Positions 48,501-55,560 of a stretch of 64,000 nucleotides of DNA are shown here, piece after piece; the first letter of the stretch is position 1; each line of letters begins with the position of its first letter. The stretch is taken from assembly GCA_034780895.1 (NCBI GenBank), contig JAUZTB010000070.1:15486103-15550102 (forward strand), given 5' to 3'. The stretch comes from Rhynchobatus australiae. Its lineage: Eukaryota. The position numbers and the translations under genes are program-made. The notes under the pieces were generated by a model that was given only the letters and a program-made list of their open reading frames with translations, did not search any database and had not been told where the DNA came from.

Positions 48501-51500
48501 ACTGCCAGATCAGCTGTCAGCTTATTGAATGGCAGAGCAGGCTCGACGGGCCAGATGGCCTCCTCCTGCTCCTATTTCTTATGTTCTTAACCCTTGCGTA
48601 ACCCGGGGACTGCCTGCACCAGGATTTACACCCAGTAAAAAAGAAGGAACAACGATATATTTCCTAGTTAGGATAGTGCGCAATTTGAAGAGAAATTTAG
48701 ATGGTGATGTTCCTATGTGCCTGAACCCCTTGTCAATCTTGGGGATGGAGGTCTGGAAAGTGTTGTTGGAATAGCCAGATGAGTAACCACAATTTTCTTT
48801 TGTGGATATTCTGCAGCCACAGGTGTGCTACTGGTGACAGGAATGAACACTTAGGATGGCAGATGGAGTTTCAATCAAGCAAGCCACTGGATGGTATCAA
48901 GCTTCCTGAGAGTTGCTGGAGCTGCACTCATCCAGGCAAGCAGTGTATTCCATCACACTCCTGGCTTGTGCATTGCAGACAGTGGACAGTCAATCAGATG
49001 ATAGGAAGTGACTCACTCACTGCAGGACACCCAGTCTCTGGCCTGTTCGTGTAGTCACAGTATTTATGTGGTTGGTTCAAATGAAAATTTGGCTGGTGAT
49101 GGTTATACTAATGAACACCAAAGATCTCTAAAATAGTCCTACAAAGGCACTCAAACTCCAAGGCAACCAGTGCTGGGCATTAAAAGTGGAGCTGCAGTGA
49201 GTAAAATGATTATGGTGCCACCACTGGTGGGAGGGTACAACTGCAACACATCATGTTTACATACACGGTTTCCATTACAGACACACCTGCAGAAATTTAT
49301 AATAAGCTAAATTCAGAGTAAGTGTGTGTACACATAAGAAAGTAATCCAGTCTCAAAGCAATCTTATTTTCTCTGGGAATCCACTTTGGCCTGTTTAGAT
49401 ATTGCAATGGTGCTGTTTTGCCATTTACTACCTCACTGAGAACCTCTGTTGATAGAAACTAGTACTGCAGGCAGTTTTCAACAATGCACCAGTTTAGCTC
49501 CATCTTCTCCTGGGTCAGGAAGACTGTTTAGAGCATTGCCTGAAATTATTTATTTTCCTTATTGAAAATAACCCCCTATTAAAAACAAAATACAAAGTCA
49601 AACTATTTGTAATTTTGTGTCTGCTTTGCAGATCATAGAATCATTGGAATTGCAGCATAGAAGGTAGCCATTGGACCATAGTATCTATGCTACCCACNNN
49701 NNNNNNNNNNNNNNNNNNNNNNNNNNNNNNNNNNNNNNNNNNNNNNNNNNNNNNNNNNNNNNNNNNNNNNNNNNNNNNNNNNNNNNNNNNNNNNNNNAGT
49801 ATCTATGCTACCCACAGGTGGACTTAAGTTAATCCCAATTCTCAGCTTTTGTTCAGTAGTGAAAAGTTTCATTTTGTTCAGGTAATAGTTCTTCACCACC
49901 CTTTGATGTGTTGAGTTCCAGTCCCCCACTGAGTGAAGTAATCTTTTCTCTCAATTCTCCTCTCATCCTTCCATCAGTTAACAAGTCTATGCCTCCAAGT
50001 TACTTATCTCTTTACCAAGCGAAATGTCCTAACTTGCCACCCTGTCTAAGCCCCTTTAATTTTATACACCCTTCTGTCACATGGTGACCAGGACTGTAAA
50101 ACTGTGGCCAAACTAGTTTTAGACAATTCTAGCAAGACCTTCCTACTCTTGCATTGTATACCTTCCTAACACCTCATTGACCTGTCCTGGTACTTAAGGA
50201 TTTCAAGGTCAGCATGTTCCTTTACTTAGCATCCTACCATTTATTGCATATTGCCGTGCCTTGTTTGCTCTCTCCACATGTATTACCTCACATTTCTCCT
50301 TACTGTATTTCATCTGACCCTTTCCTGACCACCTATCTGGTTCATCAATGTCTTCCTGTAGCCTTAAACTTTCTTCCTCCCCATCCATCACACTGCTGAT
50401 TTTTGCATCAGTATCATACTTCTTCATTTTGTCTTCTACATTTAAGTCCAAATAGTTTCATCTTCTTCATCTCTCAGGAGCATAGATGACTTTCTTACTT
50501 TCCAGTTCGAGGTAGTTAGGAATTCCAATGCAGGAAATGCAGGCCCTTGAGGTGCCTATTACATTAGTCCACATCTCAGCAGCATACAGGAGGGCAGGGA
50601 TCATTACTGCTCTGCAGGCCATGAGATTAGTGCCAGCTTTGATTCTAGGTCTTTGAGCACTCTTTCCCTCAGTTGTGCTCATGCACTGAAGGTGGTAGTG
50701 CGTTTCATCATCAATATCTAACCTTCACTGATAGGTTGCTCTTAAGATATAGATGGTGATCCATGTTTGAACTTCTCTTGGACCTTGATTGATGGGGCAG
50801 GATGGGGGGGGGGGGGTGGGGGAAGAATGGGGAGGGTGCTGATGATGCCTAGTGGATCAGCTTGGCAGAGGACCTTTGTCTTCCAGATGTTTAATGCAAG
50901 GCCAATTCTCTTGTATGCTTCATAGAAGGAGTCGGTGATGACTTGGAGCTAGGTCTCCGAATAAGCACTCACACAAGCATCATCCGCATACNNNNNNNNN
51001 NNNNNNNNNNNNNNNNNNNNNNNNNNNNNNNNNNTCCCTGCTCTTCCTGTAGATTAACTCCACTTCAGCATCAATCAGTTATCCATACCAAGAAAAGCCA
51101 AGTATTGAGTCCCACAGAGCTCCACCATTGTCACTAAAACTCCCATCAACTATAACCCTGTACTTTGTCACTGTCAATTTTTAATAAAAGATGCAAACTT
51201 TCCCTTGGATCCCTCTGGATTTTTCTTTATTAACCAATCTGTCAAGTGGAAAGGGCCAAACAGGTTGATAAGAGTTGCTCTACAAGCATCTAACATTGTC
51301 TTGACTAGTTCCACCCTGAACAAAGTGGCAGCAATGTTTCCACTGCTGGAAATTACAGGCTATCCCATCCAAAACCTCGGCAGGAGCACTCGGCTCCCAC
51401 AGTAAAGCTTAGAAACTGAATCCTAATTTCTGTGGGGAGAGAATAGGCCAGGCTGGCATGTGGCTGAATCCTTCCCTCACCTTCCAGCAACAGTGACTGA

Positions 51501-54500
51501 AGACCAAAGGAAAGGAGAAACTTCACCGGGGAGGCAGAGAGGCAAAGGCTTCCTAAACAGTAGCCTTGGTGTACTCCACCATACTGTGCTCCTCTATGAA
51601 AAAGCAGTCCCCACACCAAGACACTGATTTGCAGCTAAACAGTGCTCTGCTCACTGAAGTCAATGGCTGTCAACTGGCTCCTGACACAGCTGAGTAATGG
51701 TCCTCCAGATATTAGATGGGAAGCCTCTGTCACCCTTCTCACCAACTGCACCTCTGCAACCCACCACAACTGGATCTACACAACTGGAAGGACGATGATC
51801 ACAGCTTGAACCTGGCGACTCACCATGGGAAGGACTCCAATAACGCACCTCGTTTAATGCAAGGAGCAATGGAGGTCTCAGTGGAACAACACCTCCCAAA
51901 CAAAGGCCTTGTTTCTAACCCTGTGGAGTCAGTACCTGGACGAGACCTCACAGCCAGACACAGATAGTCCCAAACTGGACAGGGAAAATGTGGCCTTCAT
52001 TTACAATGATGGAAACACCAGTTTCGACCTTGCTACAGCAATCAAAGTCAAACCATGAAACATCATCAAAATTGTTCACGCCAATCTTTTCCAGGGCATG
52101 AGGCTGACATTCCTACAGCCACACCAGACAATATAGCAGGAAGCTGATTGGCTGTGAAGCATTTTTGCATAAACCTGAGATGGTGGAAGGTACAAGGGAA
52201 AGGCAGGATCATTCTTTTCCTGGGTTCCAGGATGGTTTCAAGTCATCTCCGTGAAAACACTCACCCGGTNNNNNNNNNNNNNNCAAGCAGAAAATTCACT
52301 GGGGATTGTAACAGCCATCAGGGCCCAAAATGAAGTAGTTCAGGGCTGTGCTACACCTCACAAAACACCTGAGTAGACCAGGCTCCTATTGGATATGGGC
52401 TGGTGCACAAAATCAAGTTTGCCTCTCTGAGGTCGTCAGTGAACTTCATGAAACCCTGATAATACTACTCGAATATTCACTGTCTCAGGCCTTGGACACA
52501 TTCATCCATACCACGTGGTCAGAATCAACCCCAACTCATCACCAATTTCACTTGGGATATAGGAATCAGCAGTCACTGACTCTCCCTGGGGCACAAAGTG
52601 CATAGACACCAACTCTCCCTGGGTCATGGGGGGACACACACTTACTCTTGCTGGGCACGGATTCCACACATATTCCATCTACATATCATTAGTCACAGGC
52701 ACCACCTCTCCCTGGGTCATGGGGCTGCATGGACATAAACTCTCCCTGGGTCATAGGGACACATAACACTTATTCTCGCTGGGCACGGGTTCCACACATA
52801 TTCCATCTACATTTCACTAGAGGCTATCAGTTTGGGATGAGGAAGAATTCTTTCCTGCCCCAGTGACCCCCATTATGATTCAGGCTTCAGCTAAAAGTCA
52901 CTGTGCAACTTCAGCTTAAAGGCTTCAGCCGACACAGTTGCTGCTACAGGGGGTGGCCATACATCCTGCAATCACTGTACAACTGGCCAAGGAAATATAT
53001 TCAGTCTCAGCTGTCCTGCCTTTTCTCCCCCTCTTCTCATGGTAAACTGTCTGGCTTCATTGCACCTGTTGCTAAAGTTATGGGATCAGAGGAACAGAGT
53101 TCCCGGACCCCAGGACACTGGAGAAATCACGGGCAAAGAAAGACTGACAAGGACAAGAATTGAAGGGCTTGGCTTAAATTTCGCCTTTTGCTTTCTTCTC
53201 CAGAGGTGCTGAAGTCTCCTGAACGTGGCCAACAGCCTCAAACCAGCTGTGCTCTGTAAGCTGGAAGGGTAAGTGCTCACACAGCCAGCTCCATGTGTCT
53301 GTCAGTGTCTGTCTCTATGCCTGAAGCCAGCAGTAGGAGGAAGGATTGGAGGTCTTATGTCAGCAAGGGTCAGAACCAGACAAGGAGGGTACGTGGGCAG
53401 GGGGGTCAAGTACTGGGGGTGATATTCCTTGCCCACAGGCAGGGTGGGGAAACAAGGGCCAGTTTAACATACGAGAGCTGGAGTAAACGGCTTGGCAGAA
53501 TGTCAGAAAGGGAGAACAGCAGGGAGGCAGGGGGAGCAAGGCTGGGAGGCAGAGAATGAAACTGAACAAGAACAGTTGACAAGAAAGTAAGGAGAGAGGG
53601 CAACAGGTACAGGGAGCAGAACAAATGGAGAAAGAGGCAGAATGTTTGACGGGACAGACAGATCGAGAGGCAGTGACACAGAAACCTTCCAAATTACAGG
53701 GACAGGTTCAGAAACTTTGGAAGAAGGAGGTAAAGGGATAAAACGAGGGTGAGAAGGTGCATATTCTGGGAGAGGGGGGGGAAATACACATGCTGAGAGT
53801 CAGAGTGGGATCCACACTGTTGTCAATTTCATCATTGAAAAAATGGCCAAGTCTTTAGGCTCCCTCTCCCAGCCTTTATCTGACGGTAAATAATTGCAAC
53901 CTTACCTTTAATGTGACTGTCCCCTTTTCTGCAAAAAAAAAACAAATACCAAGTATTTTGATTATAAAATGCTCCACAAACACAAAATAACACCTTTCAT
54001 TAAAGTTGGGATGAAGCATAAAACTTGTAGCAATCTTTCTGAAGCTCAAACCACGAGAACTCACCAAAGACGGAGCCCTGACTATGAGCCACAGTTTCTC
54101 CTTTCACCACCAGCTGGACATGGACTTTGGTTTCTGACAGAGGCTTGAATATTGTAAAACTGATGACTGCATCAACCCCTGCCCTGAGAACTGAGGGAGC
54201 TGTTACCAGGTAACCCCTAGAACATAGCAGCAAAGGATAGCATCAAACTCTCTCACACACAATCTGCACCCTCAAATGCCAGAACATGCCCTGATACAAT
54301 CCCCTGCAACAGAACACTTTCTATCTCCCTCTCACGCACACTCACACACTCCCTCTCACGCACACTTTCTCTCACACAGGCACACTTACACATTTTCACC
54401 CACAGACTCACACTTTGTCTCACACACGCTCAATCTCTCACACACACATTTTCTTTCTCACATGCACACTCACATTTTCTCACACACATTTTCTTGCACA

Positions 54501-54813
54501 GTGTCTCACGCACAAGCATACTTTGTCATACACACTCACACTTTCTCTTACATATGCACTCACTTTCTCACGCATATTCACAGTTATTCACACACACGCA
54601 CACACTTATTTGCACACTCACGCTTTCTCCCTCACACCCATACTTTCTCCTGCATATACACACGCTCATATTCTCAGACAGGCATACATTCTCACACATA
54701 CACTTTCTCACACACTCACTCACAAACACTTACTGTCTTTGTTGGCACCGAGAGAGGCAACAGTAGCCCACGAGATTGGCCAAAATCCACCAGCAGCGAC
54801 TGAACTGCCTCAT
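457..54813 (-). CDS. CPAMD8: C3 and PZP-like alpha-2-macroglobulin domain-containing protein 8; coding exons 1-36, 3' end outside window
   Basis: Spliced translation of 36 GT-AG exons gives a continuous 1597-aa frame: signal peptide, MG domains, RRRR processing site, FFPETWIW, FAMeT-like insert, GCGEQ thioester, GGFSSTQDT and [14 protein letters not shown]. It is colinear with vertebrate CPAMD8 as recalled. Confidence 0.97.
689..924 (-). CDS. CPAMD8: CPAMD8 exon 35 ([18 protein letters not shown]...[21 protein letters not shown])
   Basis: tcgtAG / AG|GTATAC; 236 nt. Confidence 0.95.
1120..1410. repeat. Degenerate ~33-bp minisatellite; related arrays at ~26020-26230 (reverse) and 52570-52820
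   Basis: Unit approx. actgactctcactggggtacgggtcccacagac. Confidence 0.65.
1892..1954 (-). CDS. CPAMD8: CPAMD8 exon 34 ([21 protein letters not shown])
   Basis: ttctAG / CAG|GTAAGG; 63 nt. Confidence 0.95.
2365..2860 (-). mobile_element. CR1-type LINE 3' fragment
   Basis: [14 protein letters not shown]...QRMVNVWN in ORF 2500-2787. Confidence 0.8.
3712..3867 (-). CDS. CPAMD8: CPAMD8 exon 33 ([12 protein letters not shown]...KKILQTAA)
   Basis: ctctAG / GCG|GTGAGA; 156 nt. Confidence 0.96.
4233..4369 (-). CDS. CPAMD8: CPAMD8 exon 32 ([13 protein letters not shown]...[16 protein letters not shown])
   Basis: VEMTAYALL and GGFSSTQ motifs; 137 nt. Confidence 0.97.
4783..4920. repeat. Inverted-repeat (foldback) element related to PLE tails
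   Basis: Arms ~4792-4837 (aaaatgctggaaatacttagcaggtcaggcc...) and ~4857-4902 (...ggcctgaactgctgagtatttccagcatttt) are near reverse complements. Confidence 0.75.
5160..5246 (-). CDS. CPAMD8: CPAMD8 exon 31 ([29 protein letters not shown])
   Basis: ttgtAG / G|GTAAGG; 87 nt. Confidence 0.93.
6760..7165 (+). mobile_element. L2-like LINE 3' fragment; similar pieces at ~29100-29460, 39130-39260, 46430-46710, 59070-59450
   Basis: cccattaccttgtgctcactgacctgccctgg...ctttaagatactctttaaacc...aaatgaagttgttgt tail, repeated at several sites. Confidence 0.55.
7216..7381 (-). CDS. CPAMD8: CPAMD8 exon 30 ([14 protein letters not shown]...[14 protein letters not shown]...AIMQ)
   Basis: ttttAG / G|GTGCGT; 166 nt. 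Confidence 0.95.
9311..9385 (-). CDS. CPAMD8: CPAMD8 exon 29 ([25 protein letters not shown])
   Basis: ttttcAG / GAG|GTAGGG; 75 nt. Confidence 0.95.
9465..9630 (-). mobile_element. SacSINE1/AmnSINE-like SINE fragment; related piece at ~24945-25010 (+)
   Basis: agatcccacaaacagcaat...ctcccctgctcttc...gggatctttaacatccacctga; the second piece reads ggagtgcagcactgccagaggtgccagtctttc. Family assignment is from memory. Confidence 0.5.
10048..10204 (-). CDS. CPAMD8: CPAMD8 exon 28 ([11 protein letters not shown]...[16 protein letters not shown])
   Basis: WLTAFV completed across the junction; 157 nt. Confidence 0.96.
10681..10780 (+). promoter_or_regulatory. Candidate intronic promoter cassette (CCAAT/ATTGG pair, TATAAA, full CRE)
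   Basis: CCAATccgATTGG 10681-10693, TATAAA 10750-10755, TGACGTCA 10757-10764 in non-repetitive sequence. Confidence 0.35.
12041..12160 (+). CDS. Candidate nested gene, exon A: signal peptide-like segment + [20 protein letters not shown]
   Basis: Hydrophobic [20 protein letters not shown]; phase-0 donor AAG|GTATCT at 12160/12161; possible acceptor ttgtcAG at 12055-12056; no in-frame ATG seen (TTG at 12041). Confidence 0.4.
12455..12630 (-). mobile_element. Non-autonomous Penelope-derived foldback element with decayed hammerhead
   Basis: Reverse complement of the 37690-37970 tail (CTGATGAAGGGTCTTGGCCCGAAATGTTGACTG at 12553-12585), followed by an inverted partial copy. Confidence 0.75.
13804..13848 (+). 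CDS. Candidate nested gene, optional 45-nt exon ([15 protein letters not shown])
   Basis: Strong acceptor cttttctctccAG, donor CAG|GTTTCC (weak), phase 0-0, no stop. Confidence 0.25.
13987..14205 (+). CDS. Candidate nested gene, terminal exon (EEAEFWHRA...[24 protein letters not shown])
   Basis: Acceptor tttgctcttttattcatgccctcAG, phase 0, 72 open codons, TAA, then AATAAA at 14211-14216. Confidence 0.4.
   Translation, partial: EEAEFWHRANDIIQTGDISALHQSQTSQLSKPELYPRDTDSGIQAQFPGILETFLIERLWELTDQADRYRRV
16170..16251 (-). CDS. CPAMD8: CPAMD8 exon 27 ([27 protein letters not shown])
   Basis: GYQRQL.YK..DGSYSAF TED motif; 82 nt. Confidence 0.96.
17110..17286 (-). CDS. CPAMD8: CPAMD8 exon 26, thioester exon (GDVMGPTL...[16 protein letters not shown]...YLLQ)
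   Basis: GCGEQ at 17216-17230; 177 nt. Confidence 0.97.
17855..18080 (-). CDS. CPAMD8: CPAMD8 exon 25 ([11 protein letters not shown]...IGFSTGWGS...[12 protein letters not shown])
   Basis: ttctAG / G|GTAAAA; 226 nt. Confidence 0.95.
18364..18662 (-). CDS. CPAMD8: CPAMD8 exon 24 ([14 protein letters not shown]...[19 protein letters not shown]), FAMeT-like domain
   Basis: [18 protein letters not shown] and [12 protein letters not shown] motifs; 299 nt. Confidence 0.95.
18850..19350 (+). mobile_element. Decayed CR1-type LINE RT fragment
   Basis: ADDTK-like gctgatgatacaaag near 19019 and downstream CR1-like text. Confidence 0.5.
19661..19712 (-). CDS. CPAMD8: CPAMD8 exon 23 ([17 protein letters not shown])
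   Basis: ccacAG / G|GTATGT; 52 nt. Confidence 0.94.
19913..20045 (+). mobile_element. Decayed PLE-type tail
   Basis: CTGATGA...ctctccacagatgctgcctgacctgc, resembling the 37690-37960 tail. Confidence 0.5.
20097..20239 (-). CDS. CPAMD8: CPAMD8 exon 22 ([12 protein letters not shown]...[10 protein letters not shown])
   Basis: tcacAG / GAG|GTGAGG; 143 nt. Confidence 0.94.
20397..20550 (-). CDS. CPAMD8: CPAMD8 exon 21 ([27 protein letters not shown]...ANIT)
   Basis: ttgcAG / G|GTAAGG; 154 nt. Confidence 0.95.
21150..22480 (-). mobile_element. Non-LTR retrotransposon 3' portion; related copies at ~28120-28500 (-), 48700-49110 (-), 55730-56550 (+)
   Basis: Shared segments ([14 protein letters not shown]; 3' end ...aatgctggccttgccag) recur at several sites in the window. 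Confidence 0.6.
22595..22826 (-). CDS. CPAMD8: CPAMD8 exon 20 ([19 protein letters not shown]...HNYLPSCAE)
   Basis: PDSITTW and LPxxxIRGE motifs; 232 nt. Confidence 0.96.
23010..23800. repeat. Degenerate ~33-bp minisatellite
   Basis: Unit approx. tgtgttacacaaggagctgtgtgtattggatgg; tgttac anchors recur at roughly 29-35 bp spacing around 23511-23641. Confidence 0.85.
24637..24699 (-). CDS. CPAMD8: CPAMD8 exon 19 ([20 protein letters not shown])
   Basis: FPETWIW A2M/C3 hallmark; 63 nt. Confidence 0.96.
25305..25600 (-). mobile_element. tRNA-derived SINE, HE1/V-SINE-like
   Basis: ggggcaatttggagtgaccaattaacc...gggagaacgtgcaaaatccacacag...gaacccgagttgctggagctgtgagacagcag. Confidence 0.6.
25799..25941 (-). 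CDS. CPAMD8: CPAMD8 exon 18 (ETGLVVMTD...[17 protein letters not shown])
   Basis: cctAG / AG|GTAAGA; 143 nt. Confidence 0.95.
26291..26449 (-). CDS. CPAMD8: CPAMD8 exon 17 ([14 protein letters not shown]...SRRRRSS...FAFS), with tetrabasic processing site
   Basis: ctccAG / GTAAGC donor; RRRR at 26348-26359; 159 nt. Confidence 0.95.
28768..28917 (-). CDS. CPAMD8: CPAMD8 exon 16 (VSISLSS...[18 protein letters not shown])
   Basis: VDKSVYLL motif; gtccAG / AAG|GTAGTC; 150 nt. Confidence 0.95.
29469..29641 (-). CDS. CPAMD8: CPAMD8 exon 15 ([12 protein letters not shown]...[17 protein letters not shown]...YENK)
   Basis: cctcAG / AAG|GTGGGT; 173 nt. Confidence 0.94.
30088..30277 (-). CDS. CPAMD8: CPAMD8 exon 14 ([15 protein letters not shown]...QRSKRA...PQN)
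   Basis: ctccAG / C|GTGAGT; 190 nt. Confidence 0.93.
30680..31410 (+). mobile_element. Decayed CR1-type LINE fragment
   Basis: [30 protein letters not shown]. Confidence 0.65.
31578..31706 (-). CDS. CPAMD8: CPAMD8 exon 13 (TKVTAING...[20 protein letters not shown])
   Basis: tctcAG / CAG|GTGAGG; 129 nt. Confidence 0.95.
31970..32305. repeat. TG/ATG-rich low-complexity tract ending in (TG)n
   Basis: Visible directly. Confidence 0.85.
32383..32553 (-). CDS. CPAMD8: CPAMD8 exon 12 ([11 protein letters not shown]...QYVWLE)
   Basis: ctttAG / GAG|GTGAGG; 171 nt. Confidence 0.95.
33162..33389 (-). CDS. CPAMD8: CPAMD8 exon 11 ([10 protein letters not shown]...[10 protein letters not shown])
   Basis: ctgcAG / AAG|GTAATG; 228 nt. 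Confidence 0.95.
33605..34030. repeat. Degenerate ~65-bp tandem repeat; second array at ~36700-36935
   Basis: Unit approx. tgtatctaacccatgctgtccctgccctgggagtgtttgatgggacagtgtagagggagctttactc. Confidence 0.85.
34118..34226 (-). CDS. CPAMD8: CPAMD8 exon 10 ([10 protein letters not shown]...VVKIME)
   Basis: RYTFGKPV motif; acceptor ctcttGAG, donor GAG|GTACGG; 109 nt. Confidence 0.95.
35786..35870 (-). CDS. CPAMD8: CPAMD8 exon 9 ([28 protein letters not shown])
   Basis: YVLPKFE motif completed across the junction; AG|GTAAGC donor; 85 nt. Confidence 0.95.
35925..36065 (-). mobile_element. Retroposon 3' end with (TAAGA)n-type tail
   Basis: taagataagataactttattagtcacatgtacatcgaaacacacagtgaaatgc, a LINE-tail-like sequence with a short tandem terminus. 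Confidence 0.5.
36950..37975 (+). mobile_element. Penelope-like element 3' fragment (GIY-YIG endonuclease + tail)
   Basis: ORF 36982-37347 has [18 protein letters not shown]...[10 protein letters not shown]...[12 protein letters not shown], typical of a PLE GIY-YIG domain, followed by a pyrimidine-rich tail and a hammerhead motif. Confidence 0.85.
37687..37724 (+). ncRNA. Minimal type I hammerhead ribozyme motif
   Basis: CAGTC-CTGATGA-A-GGGT(CTCG)GCCC-GAAA-C-GTC-GACTG: stem I CAGTC/GACTG, conserved core, stem II, palindromic ACGT stem III, GUC cleavage triplet ending at 37719. Confidence 0.8.
38090..39045 (+). mobile_element. Older, decayed Penelope-like element fragment
   Basis: [13 protein letters not shown]...[10 protein letters not shown]...[17 protein letters not shown] remnant (38680-38904); decayed hammerhead CAGATGA-AGGG..CCC-AAAACGTC at 38974-39001. 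Confidence 0.75.
40520..40586. repeat. 31-bp perfect tandem duplication
   Basis: ggcagtccacgtgcagggctgtgtaagcgca twice. Confidence 0.85.
40825..40938 (-). CDS. CPAMD8: CPAMD8 exon 8 ([18 protein letters not shown]...FEVQKY)
   Basis: ttgcAG / G|GTGAGT; 114 nt. Confidence 0.95.
42000..42054 (-). CDS. CPAMD8: CPAMD8 exon 7 ([18 protein letters not shown])
   Basis: cctcAG / G|GTAAGC; 55 nt. Confidence 0.95.
42351..44362. mobile_element. Two-LTR element without recognisable gag/pol (non-autonomous LTR retroelement candidate)
   Basis: 42351-42504 is a close direct repeat of 43966-44119. The right copy runs TGTCATG...TTGTGACA (43966-44362, 397 bp). GGGG flanks both outer ends. The left copy is cut by an N gap. 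Confidence 0.6.
44774..44791 (-). CDS. CPAMD8: CPAMD8 exon 6, 18-nt microexon (VEAYIV)
   Basis: ctcttacAG / GTG|GTGAGT; matches the LEAYIL segment expected before DPRGSR. Confidence 0.88.
46273..46325 (-). CDS. CPAMD8: CPAMD8 exon 5 ([18 protein letters not shown])
   Basis: Pyrimidine tract + cacAG, AAG|GTAGGA; 53 nt. Confidence 0.93.
47303..47468 (-). CDS. CPAMD8: CPAMD8 exon 4 (VPQGFSGQ...[15 protein letters not shown])
   Basis: [12 protein letters not shown]2M motif; AG/GT flanks; 166 nt. Confidence 0.95.
48010..48588 (+). mobile_element. CR1-type LINE 3' end
   Basis: [24 protein letters not shown]...[14 protein letters not shown]-terminus, then a 3' UTR ending cctcctgctcctatttcttatgttct. 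Confidence 0.85.
50467..50990 (-). mobile_element. RTE-type LINE RT fragment
   Basis: [16 protein letters not shown], a typical RTE-clade C-terminal RT motif. Confidence 0.6.
53906..53928 (-). CDS. CPAMD8: CPAMD8 exon 3, 23-nt microexon (EKGTVTLK)
   Basis: tttttgcAG / AAG|GTAAGG; needed to restore frame between exons 2 and 4. Confidence 0.9.
54065..54216 (-). CDS. CPAMD8: CPAMD8 exon 2 ([13 protein letters not shown]...QGSVF)
   Basis: ttctAG acceptor, G|GTGAGT donor, 152 nt, MG1 N-terminus typical of the A2M family. Confidence 0.95.
54320..54727. repeat. CA/CT-rich low-complexity tract in CPAMD8 intron 1
   Basis: Visible directly; produces the spurious His/Thr-rich ORFs. Confidence 0.85.
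54734..54813 (-). CDS. CPAMD8: CPAMD8 exon 1 (signal peptide [26 protein letters not shown])
   Basis: gaaATG start, in-frame upstream TAA at 54856-54858, hydrophobic core, donor CA|GTAAGT; phase 2 joins exon 2 as Q-GYLV. Confidence 0.85.
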
Positions 54814-55560
54814 TTCCAGAGTCCGTTGAACGGCGCGGGTGGAAATGAAACCGGTTTAAAACGCGGCCAGACTGCCGTGCGCTCAGACGGCACCGAGGGC
54901 CATCGAGAGCTGTGAACCCGTAGTCCAGAGCACCTCCACTTCGTCTTCCCTCCCGGGGAATAACTCCTTCCTCCGTGGATCAAAGTTGAAGGAGGTTTTT
55001 CACTCACGGTCCCGGCCTGGCCGGCTGCTACTCCCTCACATTTACTTCCCGCACTCTCTGTGGGGACGAGGCATTCCTGCCAGCAAGTTGCAGGCTCCGC
55101 TCTGCTTTGATGGAGAAGCTTTTGTTTCTGCGAATGTCTCTCTGGTTCCGTGCGGTTGGCTGTGCCCGGGACCGATCCCTCTACCCAGCGAGGGCCAGCA
55201 TTGGCTGACTTGGCAAGAGTCACAACTCTCTTCACCAATGACATCCGTGGGCTGCAAACACCGGCCCGCCCCCGCCCCAGACCCGCCAACTTTACACCAC
55301 ACGAAATTAACAACCGCTCAGTAAATGACAGCGTCGGGAATTTCCTGCGGCTTCGCTGCGCCGCGGACCTCAGTCCTTTCGCCAGGGGCGGCTCAGACAA
55401 CGAATTTCCTCAGTAGATCACTGACAGGTCCGGGGGGGGGGAATGCAGGGGGACCCAGCCCCCCCAGCGCCCCACAACATCTCTCCAGCCCTCCCCAGAC
55501 CCCTGGATGAAGTGGAGAATCTCCAATAGTGTGCCCACCGGCTCAGGACGGGCGGACCAG
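54814..55560 (-). promoter_or_regulatory. CpG-rich promoter/5' UTR region of CPAMD8 with GC boxes
   Basis: Sharp rise in CpG and GC content directly upstream of the ATG; clustered CCCGCCCC boxes at 55261-55287; CCAAT near 55234; no obvious TATA. Confidence 0.7.

Noticed and set aside
49681-49815. Short direct repeats flanking N gaps (also near 60555-60690)
   Set aside because: Probably scaffolding overlap or collapsed repeats; the same caveat applies to the hammerhead duplication.
54276-54915. His/Thr-rich + strand ORFs
   Set aside because: Translation of CA-rich low-complexity intron sequence.
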